Source: Scenedesmus sp. PABB004 (Eukaryota). From it: a stretch of DNA of 64,000 bases. Within the stretch, counting starts at the first letter, position 1, and each line of letters opens with the position of its first letter. The position numbers and the translations under genes are program-made. The notes beneath the pieces were generated by a model. That model did no database searches, was not told the DNA's origin, and saw only the letters and a program-made list of their open reading frames with translations. This document shows positions 33,901 through 46,100 of this stretch, piece by piece. The stretch spans positions 496,001 through 560,000 of the forward strand of contig JABVCE010000016.1 in the NCBI GenBank assembly GCA_014905635.1, given 5' to 3'.

Positions 33901-36900
33901 GGGAGCCTCGCGCAGCTCCACCTCGCGCCGGCGGGCGGCGCCGGCCCCGGGCTGGCGCCGGCGCCGGCGGCGGGCGGGCCCGGCCCCAGCCCGCTCGGCC
34001 CGCACGGCCAGCCGCTGGCGCCCGGCGCGCTCGGCCTGCCGGGCGTGCGCGTGCCGGCGCCGGGGCTCGTGCCCGCGCCGGGCTCGGGGCCGCTGGCCTT
34101 TGGCGGCGGCGCCGGCGGCGGTGGCGGCCTCTTCTCGCCCGCCGCCAGCGCCGGCGGCGCCAGCGTGGGCGGCTTTTTCACACCTGGCGGCGGCGCCGGC
34201 GCCGGCGCGCACGGCGACGCGCTGCTGGGCGCGTGGCGGGGCAACCTGGCGATCATCGCCGCCAACCGCACGCCCGGTGACAGCGAGGCGGCCATGCAGC
34301 TCGGGGACCGCCTGCTCGCGGAGCAGGGCCAGGTGGGTCCAGCAGCAGCGACGCACGCGGCGGCGCGCCCGGGGCGCAGCCGGGCCGCGCCGCACTCCAC
34401 GGCGCGCGCGCGCCGCACGGCCGACGCGGCGCCGCCGCCTCCGCGCCGCGCCGCCGCCGCCGCCGCCGCACCGCAGCTCGACGCCGCGCACCTGTGCTAC
34501 CTGGTCGCGGGTTGCCTGCCGGCGCCGTACGACGGCGGCCCCGCGGCGCGGCTCGTCGCGCTGGGGGTCGACCACAGCAGCGCCGCGGGGCGGCGCGGGC
34601 TGGCGCAGGCGCTGCCGCTGATGCGCACCGAGGTTTACGAGTGGGCGCGCAGCCTCGCGGGTGCGCCGCGCGCACGCGCGGCCGCGCGGCGCCGCCCGCG
34701 CCGCCCGCGCTTGAGGGCCGCCCGCGCCGCCGTCGCCCTCCTGACGAGCCGCCCCGGGCCGCCGCGGCCGCGCGGCGCGGCGCTCGAACGCGCAGGCGAC
34801 CCCAACCTGCCCTGGCTGCCGCTGCTGCCCTACAAGCTCCAGCTCGCGGCGTTGCTCGCTGACTTGGGCCAGGTGTCCCGCGCGCTCGCGTACGTCGGCG
34901 CGGTCGAGGCCGCGCTGCGCCCGCTCGCCGGCGGCAAGCCTGGCGGCCCCGGCGGCGCGCTGCCGCCGCTGCTGCTCGTCGCGGCGGCGCAGGCCGACGC
35001 GCTGCGTGAGCGCCTCGGCGTGCACGCGGCGGCGTTTGGCATCCGCGTGAGCAGCAACGAGTCTGCGCTCGGCAAGCTGGGCCGCTTCCTGGACAGGTCG
35101 ATCAACAAGCTCATGTGGGGCCAGGACCAGCCCGCCGCGCCCGCCGGCGGCGGCGTGGCGCCGCTGCCGCCGCCGCCGCCGGGGCCGGGCGGCGTCCCGG
35201 GCAGCGGCCCGCGCTCGGTGGGCGCGCCGCTGGCCGCCGGCGACGGCGCCGGCGCGCCCAGCTGGGTGGCGCAGCAGCACCAGTATGTGCACCCGCACCA
35301 GCAGGTCGGCTCGCCCGGCCCGGGGCCGCCGCCCCCGCCGGTGGGACGCAAGGCCAGCTGGGGCATGTTTGGCGGTGCCGGCAGCGGCGCCAGCGGGCCG
35401 GCCTCGGCCATCAACAGCCCGGGCAGCGGCGCGCCGCTCAGCAACGAGGGCTCTGCTATGGCGCTCATGGCCGGCGCCGGCGTGCTGCCTGGCGCCGGGC
35501 CCTGGGGCCCGCCCTCGGGCGGCGCCGCGCCGGCGGCGGGGCACCACCAGCAGCGCAGCGCCAGCACAGGCAGCTTCAGCGGCGGCGCGGCGCACTCGCG
35601 CACGCCGAGCAGCGCCGACGTGAGCGGCGCGGCGGCGGCTGCAGCCGCCGCTGCGCCGCCAGGCGCCGCGCCGCCGGACGGCACCGCGCCGCAGCCGCCG
35701 CCCACCGGGGGGCCAGGGGGCCGGGCGGCCGCCGACGCGGCCGCGGCCGCGAACGAGCGCAGCAAAGGCGGCAACGGCGGCGGCGGCGGCTTCCTGCGCG
35801 GAGCCATCGGCAGCCTGCTGGGGGCCAAGCAACCCCCGACCGCAAAGCTGGGGCTGCAGAATGAGTTCTATTACAACGAAGAGGCCAAGAAGTGGGTGCT
35901 GCGGGGCCAGGAGGACGCCGCCGACGCGCCCGCCGCGCCGCCGCCGCCGCCCACGGCGTTCGGCCCGGGCGGCGCCGGCGCCGGCGCGGCGGGCCCGCCG
36001 CCGCCGGCGCCGCGCGCGGGCGGCGGCGCGTCGGGCCCGCCCTCGGCGTCCGGCCCGCCGTGCGCGTCGGCGGGGCCGCCGGGCTCTGGCCCGCCCAGCT
36101 TCAGCCTCAAGCGCGGCGCCGGCGGCGTGGGCAGCCGCTACGTGTCAACCTTCAGCGCCGCGCCCAGCCCCGGGCCCAGCAGCACGAGTGGCGGCCTGCT
36201 GCCGCCCGGCGCCGGCGGCACCCCGTCCAGGCCGGGACCGCCCTCGGGCAGCGGCTTCCTGCTGCCGGGCGCCTCCGCCGGCGCTGCGGCAGAGGGCGCG
36301 GGCCCAGCGGCGGCGCCGGGCGCGGCGGTGCCGGCGGCTGCCGGTGCCGGCCCCGCCGCCGCGAGCGGGGCGCAAGCGGAGCAGCTGACGGCCCCCAACG
36401 CGCCGGCGGTGGCGGCGGTGCCCACGGCGCCCGTCGCCGCGCCGCCGCCGCCGCCCGGTGGCGCCCCGCAGCAGCAGCCGAGCGCGGCGGCGCCCGCCAT
36501 GGCGGCGCCGGCACAGCCGCAGGTCTGGGCGCCGCCGCCGCCGCAGCAGCAGCAGCAGGAGCAGCAGCAGCAGCAGCAGCAGCAGTCCGGCGCAGCTGCG
36601 CAAACGCCCTCGAAGAACCAGCAGCAGCAGGGCTGGGAGCCACAGGGGGTGGGCGCGGAGCAGCAGCAGGCGGTGTCGAGCGAGCTGGCACCCGTTGTGG
36701 CGCCGAGTGTGTCGTACGACGCTGCCTTTGCCGCGCAGCCGGCGCAGCAGCATGGCTACGGCCAGCAACCGGCGCAGCAGCAGGGCTACGGCCAGCAGCC
36801 GGCGCAGCAGCATGGCTACGGCCAGCAGCCGGCGCAGCAGCAAGGCTACGGCCAGCAGCAGCCGGCGCAGCAGCACGGCTACGGCGTGTTTGGGGCCCCG

Positions 36901-37128
36901 CCGGCGCAGGCGGGCTACGGCCAACCCCCACCGGCGGCTGTGCAGCAGTGGCAGCAGCCGCAGCCGCAGCAGCAGTGGGGCCAGGCGGCGCAGCCGCAGC
37001 AGCAGTGGGGCCAGGCGGCGCAGCAGCAGCAGCACTGGGGCCAGGCGGCACAGGCGCAGCAGTGGGGCCAGGCCCAGGCCCTCGGCGGCGGCGAGTCGGG
37101 CGGGCAGCTGACGGACGTGGCTCTGTGA
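28442..37128 (+). CDS. SEC16: COPII scaffold SEC16 (plant MAG5-like)
   Basis: Long disordered N-terminus; SPHGRPPCCFVTFGVGG; YPGPL; LLLLGRREQAL..GQLWAPALLLA; GTPLRTL; WRGNLAIIAANRTPGD; LGDRL; AAHLCYLVA; RTEVYEW; PYKLQLAALLADLG; C-terminal AKLGLQNEFYYNEEAKKWV and SRYV. Confidence 0.92.
36736..36885 (+). repeat. Coding 30-bp tandem repeat, QPAQQ(H/Q)GYGQ x5, in the SEC16 tail
   Basis: CAGCCGGCGCAGCAGCA(T/G/A/C)GGCTACGGC recurs five times. Confidence 0.9.
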
Positions 37129-37556
37129 TGACACCCTGGGCCGCGCGCGCTGCACGTGTCGACGAGAGTAACAGTTCTGGCGCCGCCCTTGCACGCCGCC
37201 TGCACAGCGTGCGCCGGCAGCGCTGACCGCGCGCAGCAATCTTGAGAGCTGCGCCCACAAGCCAGGCCACAACTCAGACCACCCAACAGGCCGCCAGGTT
37301 CGCCGTTGCCACACCGACTCGTAATGCAGAACGACCACAAAATGCAAGGCGCCGCCGCTCCCACGGTTCGGGATAAGTTGAGCCGCAGTGCCGCGCGTGA
37401 TCATGATCGCGCCCCGCAAGCGTTGCCCACATGGTGTGCCCACCTTCGACGGCCCACATCAGTGCTGCAGCCCGCAAACGCTCTGGTCAGGGGTGGGTTG
37501 GGGTTGCTAGAGCGGACCGGCGCACTAGTCAAGAGGAGCCGCGCGCCACTCACACG

Positions 37557-39133
37557 TCAGCACGCGCCGGCCGAGGCCCACACGCAGGCACCCCTGCCAT
37601 CGTACAGCGCCACCCGCCCGCCGCCCACGGCCTCGACCACCAGCCTGAACGGCCGCGCATGCCCCGCGAGCGCGCTGGCATTGTACATGCCCCGAAGCGC
37701 GGCGCCGGTGCTGTCCCGCACTGCGCGGCAGCAGCGGGCGGCGGCGGCGGCGGCAGCGAGGCTGAGCGGCGGGGCGCGCGGCGCGCCGGGGGGCGCGGCG
37801 GGCGGCGGCGGCGCCCGCGGGCGAGCGCGCCGCGCTCTCACCGCGCAGCAGGCCGGAGGCCGCGAGCGTGGCCGTGAAGGGTCCCTTGCTCGACGCGCGG
37901 CGGATGCCGTTGCCCCAGAGCTTCACCAGCGATCCAGGCGCGCACGCGACCGAGCCGTCCGCGGGGCACACCTGCCGCAGCATGAGCTCACCCGTGCGCG
38001 CGACACCAAACTGCAGCCGCGGGTCGTCGGGACAGCACCAGCGCACGTCGTTGCCACTGTCCGAGTGCAGGCTCGCGCCGGCGCGCAGGATGCTCTCCTC
38101 CGCGGGCTCAGGGATCTCCTCGCCGGGGCTGGGGCTGGGGTTGGGGCTGGCGCGCGGCGGCGCGGGCGAGGGCGAGGGCGGGGGCTCGCCGCCGGTGGGG
38201 CGCAGCACGTTCTCCCTGAAGAACGGCGTGATGTTGCCGGGGGGCTGGTAGTTGCAGACGACAAAGTCGGCGGCCTGGTCGCCCCACAGCGCGAGCTGCG
38301 GGCAGGTCGTGATCCAGCACCCGACGCGCGTCGTCGACTTCCACACGAGCGCCGTGAAGTGCCCGGCCGCAGGGTTCCACACGGCCGCCGCGTAGTCGTA
38401 CAGCTTCTCCTCGCTGTACCACGCGCCGACGGCCCAGTCGAGCGTCTTGGCAAACGACTTCATGCCCGCCGTCATGCACGCCAGGTTCTTGCGACGGCGG
38501 CGGCGCGGCGCGCGCGCGCGCGCGCGGAGGGTCGGCGCCTCCCCGGCCGGCGCCGCGCCGGCCAGCCCGGCTGAGACCGCCGCGCGCGCGGGCCGGCCGA
38601 GCACCCGCACGGCACGGGCCCCGCGCTGCGCCGCGCCGCACCTGGCCGTACTCGTACTTGTTGGTGTCGTGCTCCCACCGGCACTTAAGCGCCACCCTCT
38701 GAGCTTGCTCCATCAGGTAATCGTCCCACTGGGCGGCCGGGCGCGCCCGCGAGGCAGGGCGCGTTTGCGGGCCGCGCGGGATGGCGCGGCGGGCGCGACA
38801 CGGTGCGCGGCTCGGCGCGGGAGCGCCCCCCCCCCCCATTGAGCCCCGCACCTCTAGCGCGGGCGAGCCGTGGAGGCGTCGGTACGCGTTGTGCTGCGCC
38901 ACGATCGCGGTGTAGAGCGCCGGCGGCGCCACCGCGGGCGCAGCGCCGGCGGCGGATGCCGCGGCGGCGCCGGATGCCGCGGCGGCCGCCTGCTCGGCCG
39001 AAAAGTGCGGCGGCGGGTAGCACACCGCGCCCGTGGGCTCCGCTTGGCGCAGCTCGCGCGCGGCGGCGACGGTCATCGCGGTGAGCAGCAGCGCCGCCGC
39101 CTCGCGGCGGAGCGGGTGGTGCCTCGGCGCCAT
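37557..39133 (-). CDS. Secreted CAP/SCP (PR-1-like) protein with Ser-Pro linker and C-terminal bulb-lectin-like domain
   Basis: Signal-like AAALLLTAMTVAAA; HNAYRRLHGSPALE|WD; YGQ|NL; AVGAWYSE; GHFTALVWKSTTRVGC; FVVCNYQPPGN; PPPSPSP linker; tail SILRAGASL...GELML...LW...SGLLR|VRDSTG...VALYDGRGACVWAS. Confidence 0.88.
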
Positions 39134-39952
39134 GCCGCGCGCCAGCCCGACGTGTGCTTCTGCTGACGCCTCGACACTCACGCGCGCTGCACGGCCACGC
39201 CTGCGGGCAGCGCAGCGGGCCGGGGCGGGCGATTGCAAGGTCGCGGCGGTGGTGCCGCACTGCTCGACGCCCGACGCCGTCCTGTACGGTCGTGAGCCTT
39301 GCCACGATGCTGTGAGCTTTCCACGGCGGCCAGCAAGCCACAGGGCCCCGGCTCGCTCGCTTTGGGTGCCCGAGAGTACTCGCCGGTGCCGTGCGCCGCG
39401 CCTGCTGCGCTGCACGTCCTGCCCGTGGCGCAGGGCGCTCACCCAGGCAACGTGCTTCCAAGGAAGAGTCAGGGCACTGCGGGGCTGAGGCTGCAGCAGA
39501 GATCGGCGCGTCGGTGCGGCGGCAGGCCAGGGGGAGGGCGCAGGTCGGTCGCTTGTGCGAGACCAGAAGCGCCTGAGCTGCTCCCGCGGCGGCGCGTGAG
39601 AACCCCCGGCGGCAGGCCGCCGGGCGCGCCGACGCTCCGCCCGCGCGGCCGCCGCTGCGCGCGCGCCGGAGCCAGCCGCCGGCCTGCCACGCTTGGTGAG
39701 CTTGGTGTAGCTCTGAACGCGTGCGGTGAGCTCGCCGCCAGCTCAAGGCCGCGGCCGCGCGCACGGGGGCCGGTGACCCCTGCAACGCAATCGGCCTCCC
39801 CCGCGCCGCTGGCTGCACTGACGCCGTTCGGCCGCGCTTAAAACCTCCGAGCCTCTCTTATTATTATGATGAGCTCGGCAGAACAGGCCCTGGATGCGCC
39901 GCCGAGCCGGGGCGCCGGTCGCGGCGAAGTCCATTGCGAGTCGGCTCCGGCC

Positions 39953-40104
39953 GCGTCCAATTGGACGCAACCCCCGCCTGCACAGCCCGCCCGGAGCCGC
40001 GGCACCGCTACAGACTGCTCGACAAGCACCGACCTTTAGCATGCGAGCAGCGCCCCTAGTTCGCAGACTCCTAGGAGTCGAGCGGCTAGGCCTAGCCGCT
40101 CGAC
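39953..40104. promoter_or_regulatory. Three perfect palindromes in a divergent intergenic region
   Basis: GCGTCCAATTGGACGC (39953-39968), GACTCCTAGGAGTC (40066-40079), GTCGAGCGGCTAGGCCTAGCCGCTCGAC (40077-40104). The palindromes are seen directly; a regulatory role is inferred. Confidence 0.45.
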
Positions 40105-40189
40105 CCGCGAGCCGCGAGCCTGCGCTCCGCGCGCGAGCCAAGACGCGCGGTCGCCGGTTTTAGATAACCCCTCCGTCGGCTCCACCTTG

Positions 40190-43100
40190 ATGGCCCGCGC
40201 GGCGTGCGGGAGCCGGCTGGTGCTGGGCCTCGCCCTGCTGGCCGCCGCGGTCGCGGGAGCGCAGGCGACGAACGGCACGGCGTGCCGGTGCACGGGCTAC
40301 CAGATCCCCAGCATCACCGACTGGCTCTGCACGCCCTGCGACGAGTCGATCTCGCAGACGTTCACGCCCGACCCGTGCTGCACCGAGACGGCGGGCTGGC
40401 AGTGGCGGACCGCGGCCTGCATGGTCAAGTACCGGTGGGAGGCGCTGGTCGCGGCGCAGGGCATCGGCGGCGCCGCGGACTTTCTCGAGATCGGGACGGC
40501 CAACCGCACGATCCAGCTGACCAAGACCGCGCTGGGCTGCCTGTGCGACGCGTACGCGATCGCCACCAACAACGTCAACATCACGATGCCCGCCACCGAG
40601 TCGCCCAAGCGCAGAGCGTGAGTGGGCGGGCAACGCGCGCAATGCACGTGCAATCCACATGCTCGGCGGGTCCAGCGTGTGCGCCGCACGCTCACACGCC
40701 CCGCCCGTCCGCGCAGCGACCCCAAGGCGGGCTGCCCGGGCAAGGGCCGCAGCAAGCACAACGCCGCCGACGACCCGGACGAGGAGTGCCTGCTCAAGAC
40801 GTGGCGCGTGGGTGGCCTCAGCAGCCTGCCCGGCTTTACCGGCTGCGACGGCTGCTGGGGCCGGTGCAACAGGGCCACCGGCGCCTGCCCCAGCTCCAGC
40901 TGCCAGGCCAACATGCTCGGCACGGAGGAAAACTCCTGCCCGCACAGCGCCAACGTGAGCGGTGCCGCGCCGGCTGCGGCGGCGTGGCTGGCAGCGCGCG
41001 GCACCGGGCAGCAGCCTCCGCAGGGGCGCCACGTGCGGCCTCGCCCACCGCCCGTCCCCGCCCCGCGCGCAGTGTCCCGTGGCCGGAAAGGGCGCCACGT
41101 GTGAGCCTCTCGTTCAGAGCTGCGCCGGCGACAAGTGCCTTGGCACCGTGCGGTGCGGTGCCCACAGCGACTGCGGCGAGTGGGAGGGCGTCGCGTGCTT
41201 CTTTGACGGCGCCAGCGACAACTGGAAGGTCTGCTCGTCGGACGCCTGCACCACCGGCCCGGCGCCCGCGGCCACCGACTTCCCAGACGCCTGCACGCTG
41301 CCGACCTGGTACAACTACACCGTTCCAGCCGGCCACCAGGGCCCCGGCTGCAAGACCACCAGCGGCGGCGCCTGCACTCACTGCGCCGGCAGCTGCTGCC
41401 TGGACAACGGCACGTGGTGAGCGAGCGCCCCCGCGCGCGAGCCGGTGCCCGGCCGCGGCCGCGCGTTGGCGCGCCCGGGCTGACGAGCGCCGCCGCCGCC
41501 GCCGCCGCCGCCGCAGCCCCACCAGCAGCTGCGTCGCCAATGGCCTCGGCACCGACTCTGCGACGTGCCCGCGCTCTGACAGGCGCGCCCACCGTGCAGG
41601 ACAGGGGGGGGGGGGGGGGCTGTCAGCTTGCCGCGCGCAGCCGTCGCCCCCGCCGTCCCGCGAATGCATGCCGACCGCCGCTCCGGGCGCAGGTGCCCGC
41701 TGAAGAATGGCGCCCAGTGCGTCAAGGCCGCCAACTGTGGCCAAAACGTCGACAACTGCCTTGGCAAGGTCCACTGCAACGGCAACGGCTGCCCGGGCTG
41801 GGAGGGCTCGCCCTGCTTTTACCTCGGGAGCAGCAACGTGAGCGCGCCCCCGCGCCGGCAGCACGCGCTGGCGGCGGCGCGGCGCCGACGCCCCGCCCCC
41901 GCCTGGCCGCCGCGCCCGCCGCGCCCGCCGCGCCCGTGGGATGCGCACAGAACTGGAAGGTCTGCTGGGACCCTGCCTGCGACGCCGACGACGGCAAGGC
42001 CAAGGACAAGGCCGCCGTCGTGGACAAGTGCTCGGGCAAGGTCGGCGCGCGCGGCGACGCGCTGGCCTGCAACTACCCGAGCTGGCGCCTGCGGCCGGAC
42101 TTTAGCGGTGTGTCGCTGGCAGGCTTCCCCGGGCGCTGCACCGACCTGGGCGGCCCCACAACCAACGAATCAGCGTGCATCGGCAACTGCGACCCGCTCG
42201 GTGTGTGCAGGTCCAGCAGCTGCGTTGCAAATGCTCTTGGAGATATGGAGCTCTCCTGCCCGCATTCGGCCAACTGGTGAGCACGTGCTCGGCGTGCACA
42301 CCGGCCCCGGCCGCACGCAGCGGCGGCGGCACGGGCCCGCGAGGCGCATCAGCGCCGGGCTGGCCCGAGCACCGCCCCCGCCCGCCCGCGCGCGCGCAGC
42401 CCCGTGCGCGACGTCGCCGGCGTGGAGTGCAAGGCGACGGCGGGCTGCGCGGGCCCGCACTGCTTCGGCTGGGTCAAGTGCCCCAGGGAGACCTGCGTCG
42501 TCGACGGCGTCGAGTGGCACGGCCGGCCGTGCTTCTACGACGGCCTGTCCCGCAACTACAAGGTCTGCGTGTCGCCCAAGTGCGACGAGCTGCAGCGCCG
42601 CAGCCCCCTCGCCACGTCGGGCACGGGGACGCGCAGCATGCCGGCGCCGGCGCCGGCGCCCAAGCCGCCCGGCCGGGGGCGGCGCCCGCGCGCGCGCCCG
42701 CGCGTGCTGCTGGCGTCGGGCGGCCGCACGCTGCTGACCAACACCAACGTCAAGGGCCGCGGCAAGGGCCTGGCCGTGGCAAAGCTCAAGAAGAGCTTCC
42801 CCAAGGCCGAGGTGCGCACGCGCTCTGTCTGAATGGTCGCTGGGGCCGGTCCGCAGCCCGCAGATGCCGTCGTGCTGCCCCCCCCCCCTTGCGCCGCCCA
42901 CGCCGCCGCGCGCGCCGCGCCTCGCGCGCCGCCGCCGCCGGCCAGGTCGACAACATCTGCGGGCTCCGGACCAACCCAAACGACGCGAGCGCGCCGTCGC
43001 TCGAGGACCTGGGCGGCGAGGCCTTCCTGCGCACGGTCGCGCTGAAGCTCTCGGTGCTCAAGGATCGCATTGAAAACAAGGCCTGCGAGGACGCGGGCCG

Positions 43101-46100
43101 CACCGTGACCTACCTTGACGAGCTGGTGAGCGCGGCGCGGCGCCGCGCGCCGACAGCGCCACGCACCCGCCCGCCGGGGCGGCTCGAGCCGCCGGCGCCG
43201 CCGCGCGACGCGCGACGCGCGCCGCCGGCGCCCGCGCCCGCACGTCGCAGGCGATCAGGGCGGTCAACGGCAGCGGCGCCGCGCCAGAGTGCGACTGTTA
43301 CACCGCGTCGTTGCTCCTGCGCGCGCTAGACGCAAACCTCGCCGACGTGACCGTGGCCGCGTCGTCGGTCTCGGCCGAGCTCGGGCTGCCGCTCGACTGG
43401 TGCACGTTTTGCGCGGAGATGGTGCAGCAGCTCTCGCTCGCCGGCTTCACGCCAGCCTCCACCGGCCGCCGCCTGCTCGGCGTCACGCCCGCGGGCGCGG
43501 GCGGGGGCGCGCGGCGCCTGCTGGAGGTCACGTCAAACGGCTACATCATCCTCGATGCGACCCTCGGCGACGCGCAGTGCACGGTGGGCGAGGCGGCGCA
43601 GGCGACGGCCATGCTGGTCTGCGATGCCGGCGCTGCCGCGCGCTGTGCGCCGCGCCGCGCACCGCGCCGCCCGCGCGGCTTGCGCCCCCGCCGACGCGCA
43701 GCGCCGCGCCGCGCCGCCCGGCGCGCAGGCCGTGGCCAACGTGGAGTCCAACTTCAGCGTCCCGGCGGCGGCGGCCGCGGTGGCGTCGTCGCTCGCGCTG
43801 GCGCCGAGCCCGAGCGCCCACGAGCCGGTCGACACGGCAATAACGATCACGGCCACCTACCAGGAGGGCACGCCGCTGGCTGCCGTGGCGGGCCGAGCCG
43901 TCCGCTTCACCATCGTTTACAGCGGCGGCGGCACCGCGACGGTCAACGCCACCACCAACGCCGCTGGCACGGCGAGCGTGCAGCAGCTGACGCGCAGCGC
44001 GGCGGAGCACGCCAACGTCACGGCCGCCACGACCGACAGCCAGGGCAACGCCGTGCGGGCGACCACGAGCGTGGATTGGTTTGGCACGCACACACTTTTG
44101 ATCAACGTGCCGGCGCCGACCACGCGCACGGTGGGCGAGGCGGCGCAGGCGTCGGCCAAGCTGGTCTGCGCTGACAGCGGCCCCGGTGTGGGCGCCAACA
44201 TCAGTTTTACCTTCTCGGCGCCCAGCTCAGCCACTCTGACGGCTTCCTGCCTCACCAACGCGGCCGGCAGCTGCACCGCTGTCGTGCCTGCGAGCGCGAC
44301 GGCCGTCACGCTCGCCACCCAGGCATCGACCACCAACGCCTGCGGCCGCGCGGCGGCCATCCCCGGCACCTGGACCAGCAGCCAGCCCAGCATCACGTGG
44401 ACGGCACCCGCAGCGCCCTCGTCGCCCCCGTCGCCCCCGACGCCCCCGTCGACCCCGCCGCCCCCGACGCCCCCGACGCCCCCGCCGCCACCACCGGAGC
44501 ATTCCTCCCCGTCGCCGGCGCCCGCGCCTGCCGATGGAGAGGACATCCCAGTAATCGCACCGACCCCCAGCCCATCGCCCGCACCGCAGCCCTCGCCCGC
44601 GCCCGAGCGGCCCCCGGGCCCGCCGGCGGGCGCTGACCTGGCGCTGGCGCTCGCGCCCGCGCCTGCGCCGCGCGTGCGCGTGCGCGAGACCATCACGGCG
44701 ACGGCGCTCCTCACCTCAGGCGGCGCGCCGGTGGCCGGGGCGCCTGTGAGCTTTGCCGTGGCCTTTGCTGACGGCGCGACCACCGCCTACACGCGCACCA
44801 CCTCGGCCGCCGGCGCGGCGAGCCTGGAGCTTCTGCAGCCCTCGCCGCGCAACGCGACCGTGGCCGCGAGCGCGGCGCTCGGCGGCGCGGCGGCGTCCGC
44901 GGCGCCCCTGGCGCTGGAGTGGGCGGCCGACGGCGAGCCGATTGAGGCCACGGGCGGGCAGGAGCTGCTGCTCTCGGTCCTGGACCCGCTGGTGCAGGTC
45001 GGGAGCCAGGCGGCCGTGCAGTGCTTCTACACAATCGACGGCAGGCCCCAGGCGGGCGCGCTAGTCAGCTTTGTGCTGACCCACCCCGACACAGGCGCGC
45101 CCGAGGGCCGGACCTACTCGGCGCTCACAGACGCCCTCGGCGTCGCGCGCGTGAGCGTAGACGCGAGCGCCGCGCCGCTCGTGCGCGCGCCCGCGTGCTC
45201 GGCGGGCGAGACGCGGCACCTGCTCAACGCGGGCAGCAGCCGCACGATCCGCTGGGCGGAGCGGCGCCTCGCGCTGACGACCGACAACGCCCGCCTGCCC
45301 GCCGGCGTGGCCGCCAACCTGTGCGCGCGCTTCGTCGAGGATGCGGCGCCCGCGGTCGGCAGGGCCGTCACCTTCAGTGTCGCTTGGGCCGACGGCACCA
45401 GCGACACGCCCGTGGCCACGACCGACTCGCGCGGCGCCGCCTGCGTCCCCCTCGTCGCGCAGCGCGGCGGCGACGCCGCGACCGTGACGGCACGCGCGCC
45501 CGGAGCCGACGGCGGCGCCGTGCGCTCGGTGTCGCTCGGCCTCGGCGCCAGCCCGGATGGCGCCGCGACGGCGGTCAGCTGGTACGGCGAGCGGCAGGAC
45601 AGCCTCGTCGTCGTCGTGCTCACGCCTCGCGTTCCCATCGGGGAGCCTGCGACAGTAGAGGCGGAGATGCGCGACGGCGCCGGCGCACCGCGCCCCGGGG
45701 AGGAGGTGACCTTTCAGCTCTCCGACCTGCTCACGGGCGCGCCGGAGGGGCCGACGCTGAGCGACACGACTGACGCGGGCGGCCGCGCGCGCGTCGACAT
45801 CGTGCTGGACGGGGGCGGCCGCAAGAACGTGGTCGTCACCGTGCCCGACCCCGAGACGGCGCTGCCCCTGACCGCGTTCAACGACCCCAGCGGCGGCGGC
45901 GGCGGCGACGTCACGTGGTCGCGCGAGCTGCTCACGCTGCGCCTCGCGCCGAGCGCGCGCGTGCGCATGGGCACGCCCGTCACGCTGTCGGCGACGTACG
46001 AGGAGGACGGCGCGCCCGTGGCCGGCGCGGCGGTCAGCTTTTCGGTCGCCTTCTCTGACGGCACGCACGACCTGCGCACCGCGTCGACCGACCGCCACGG

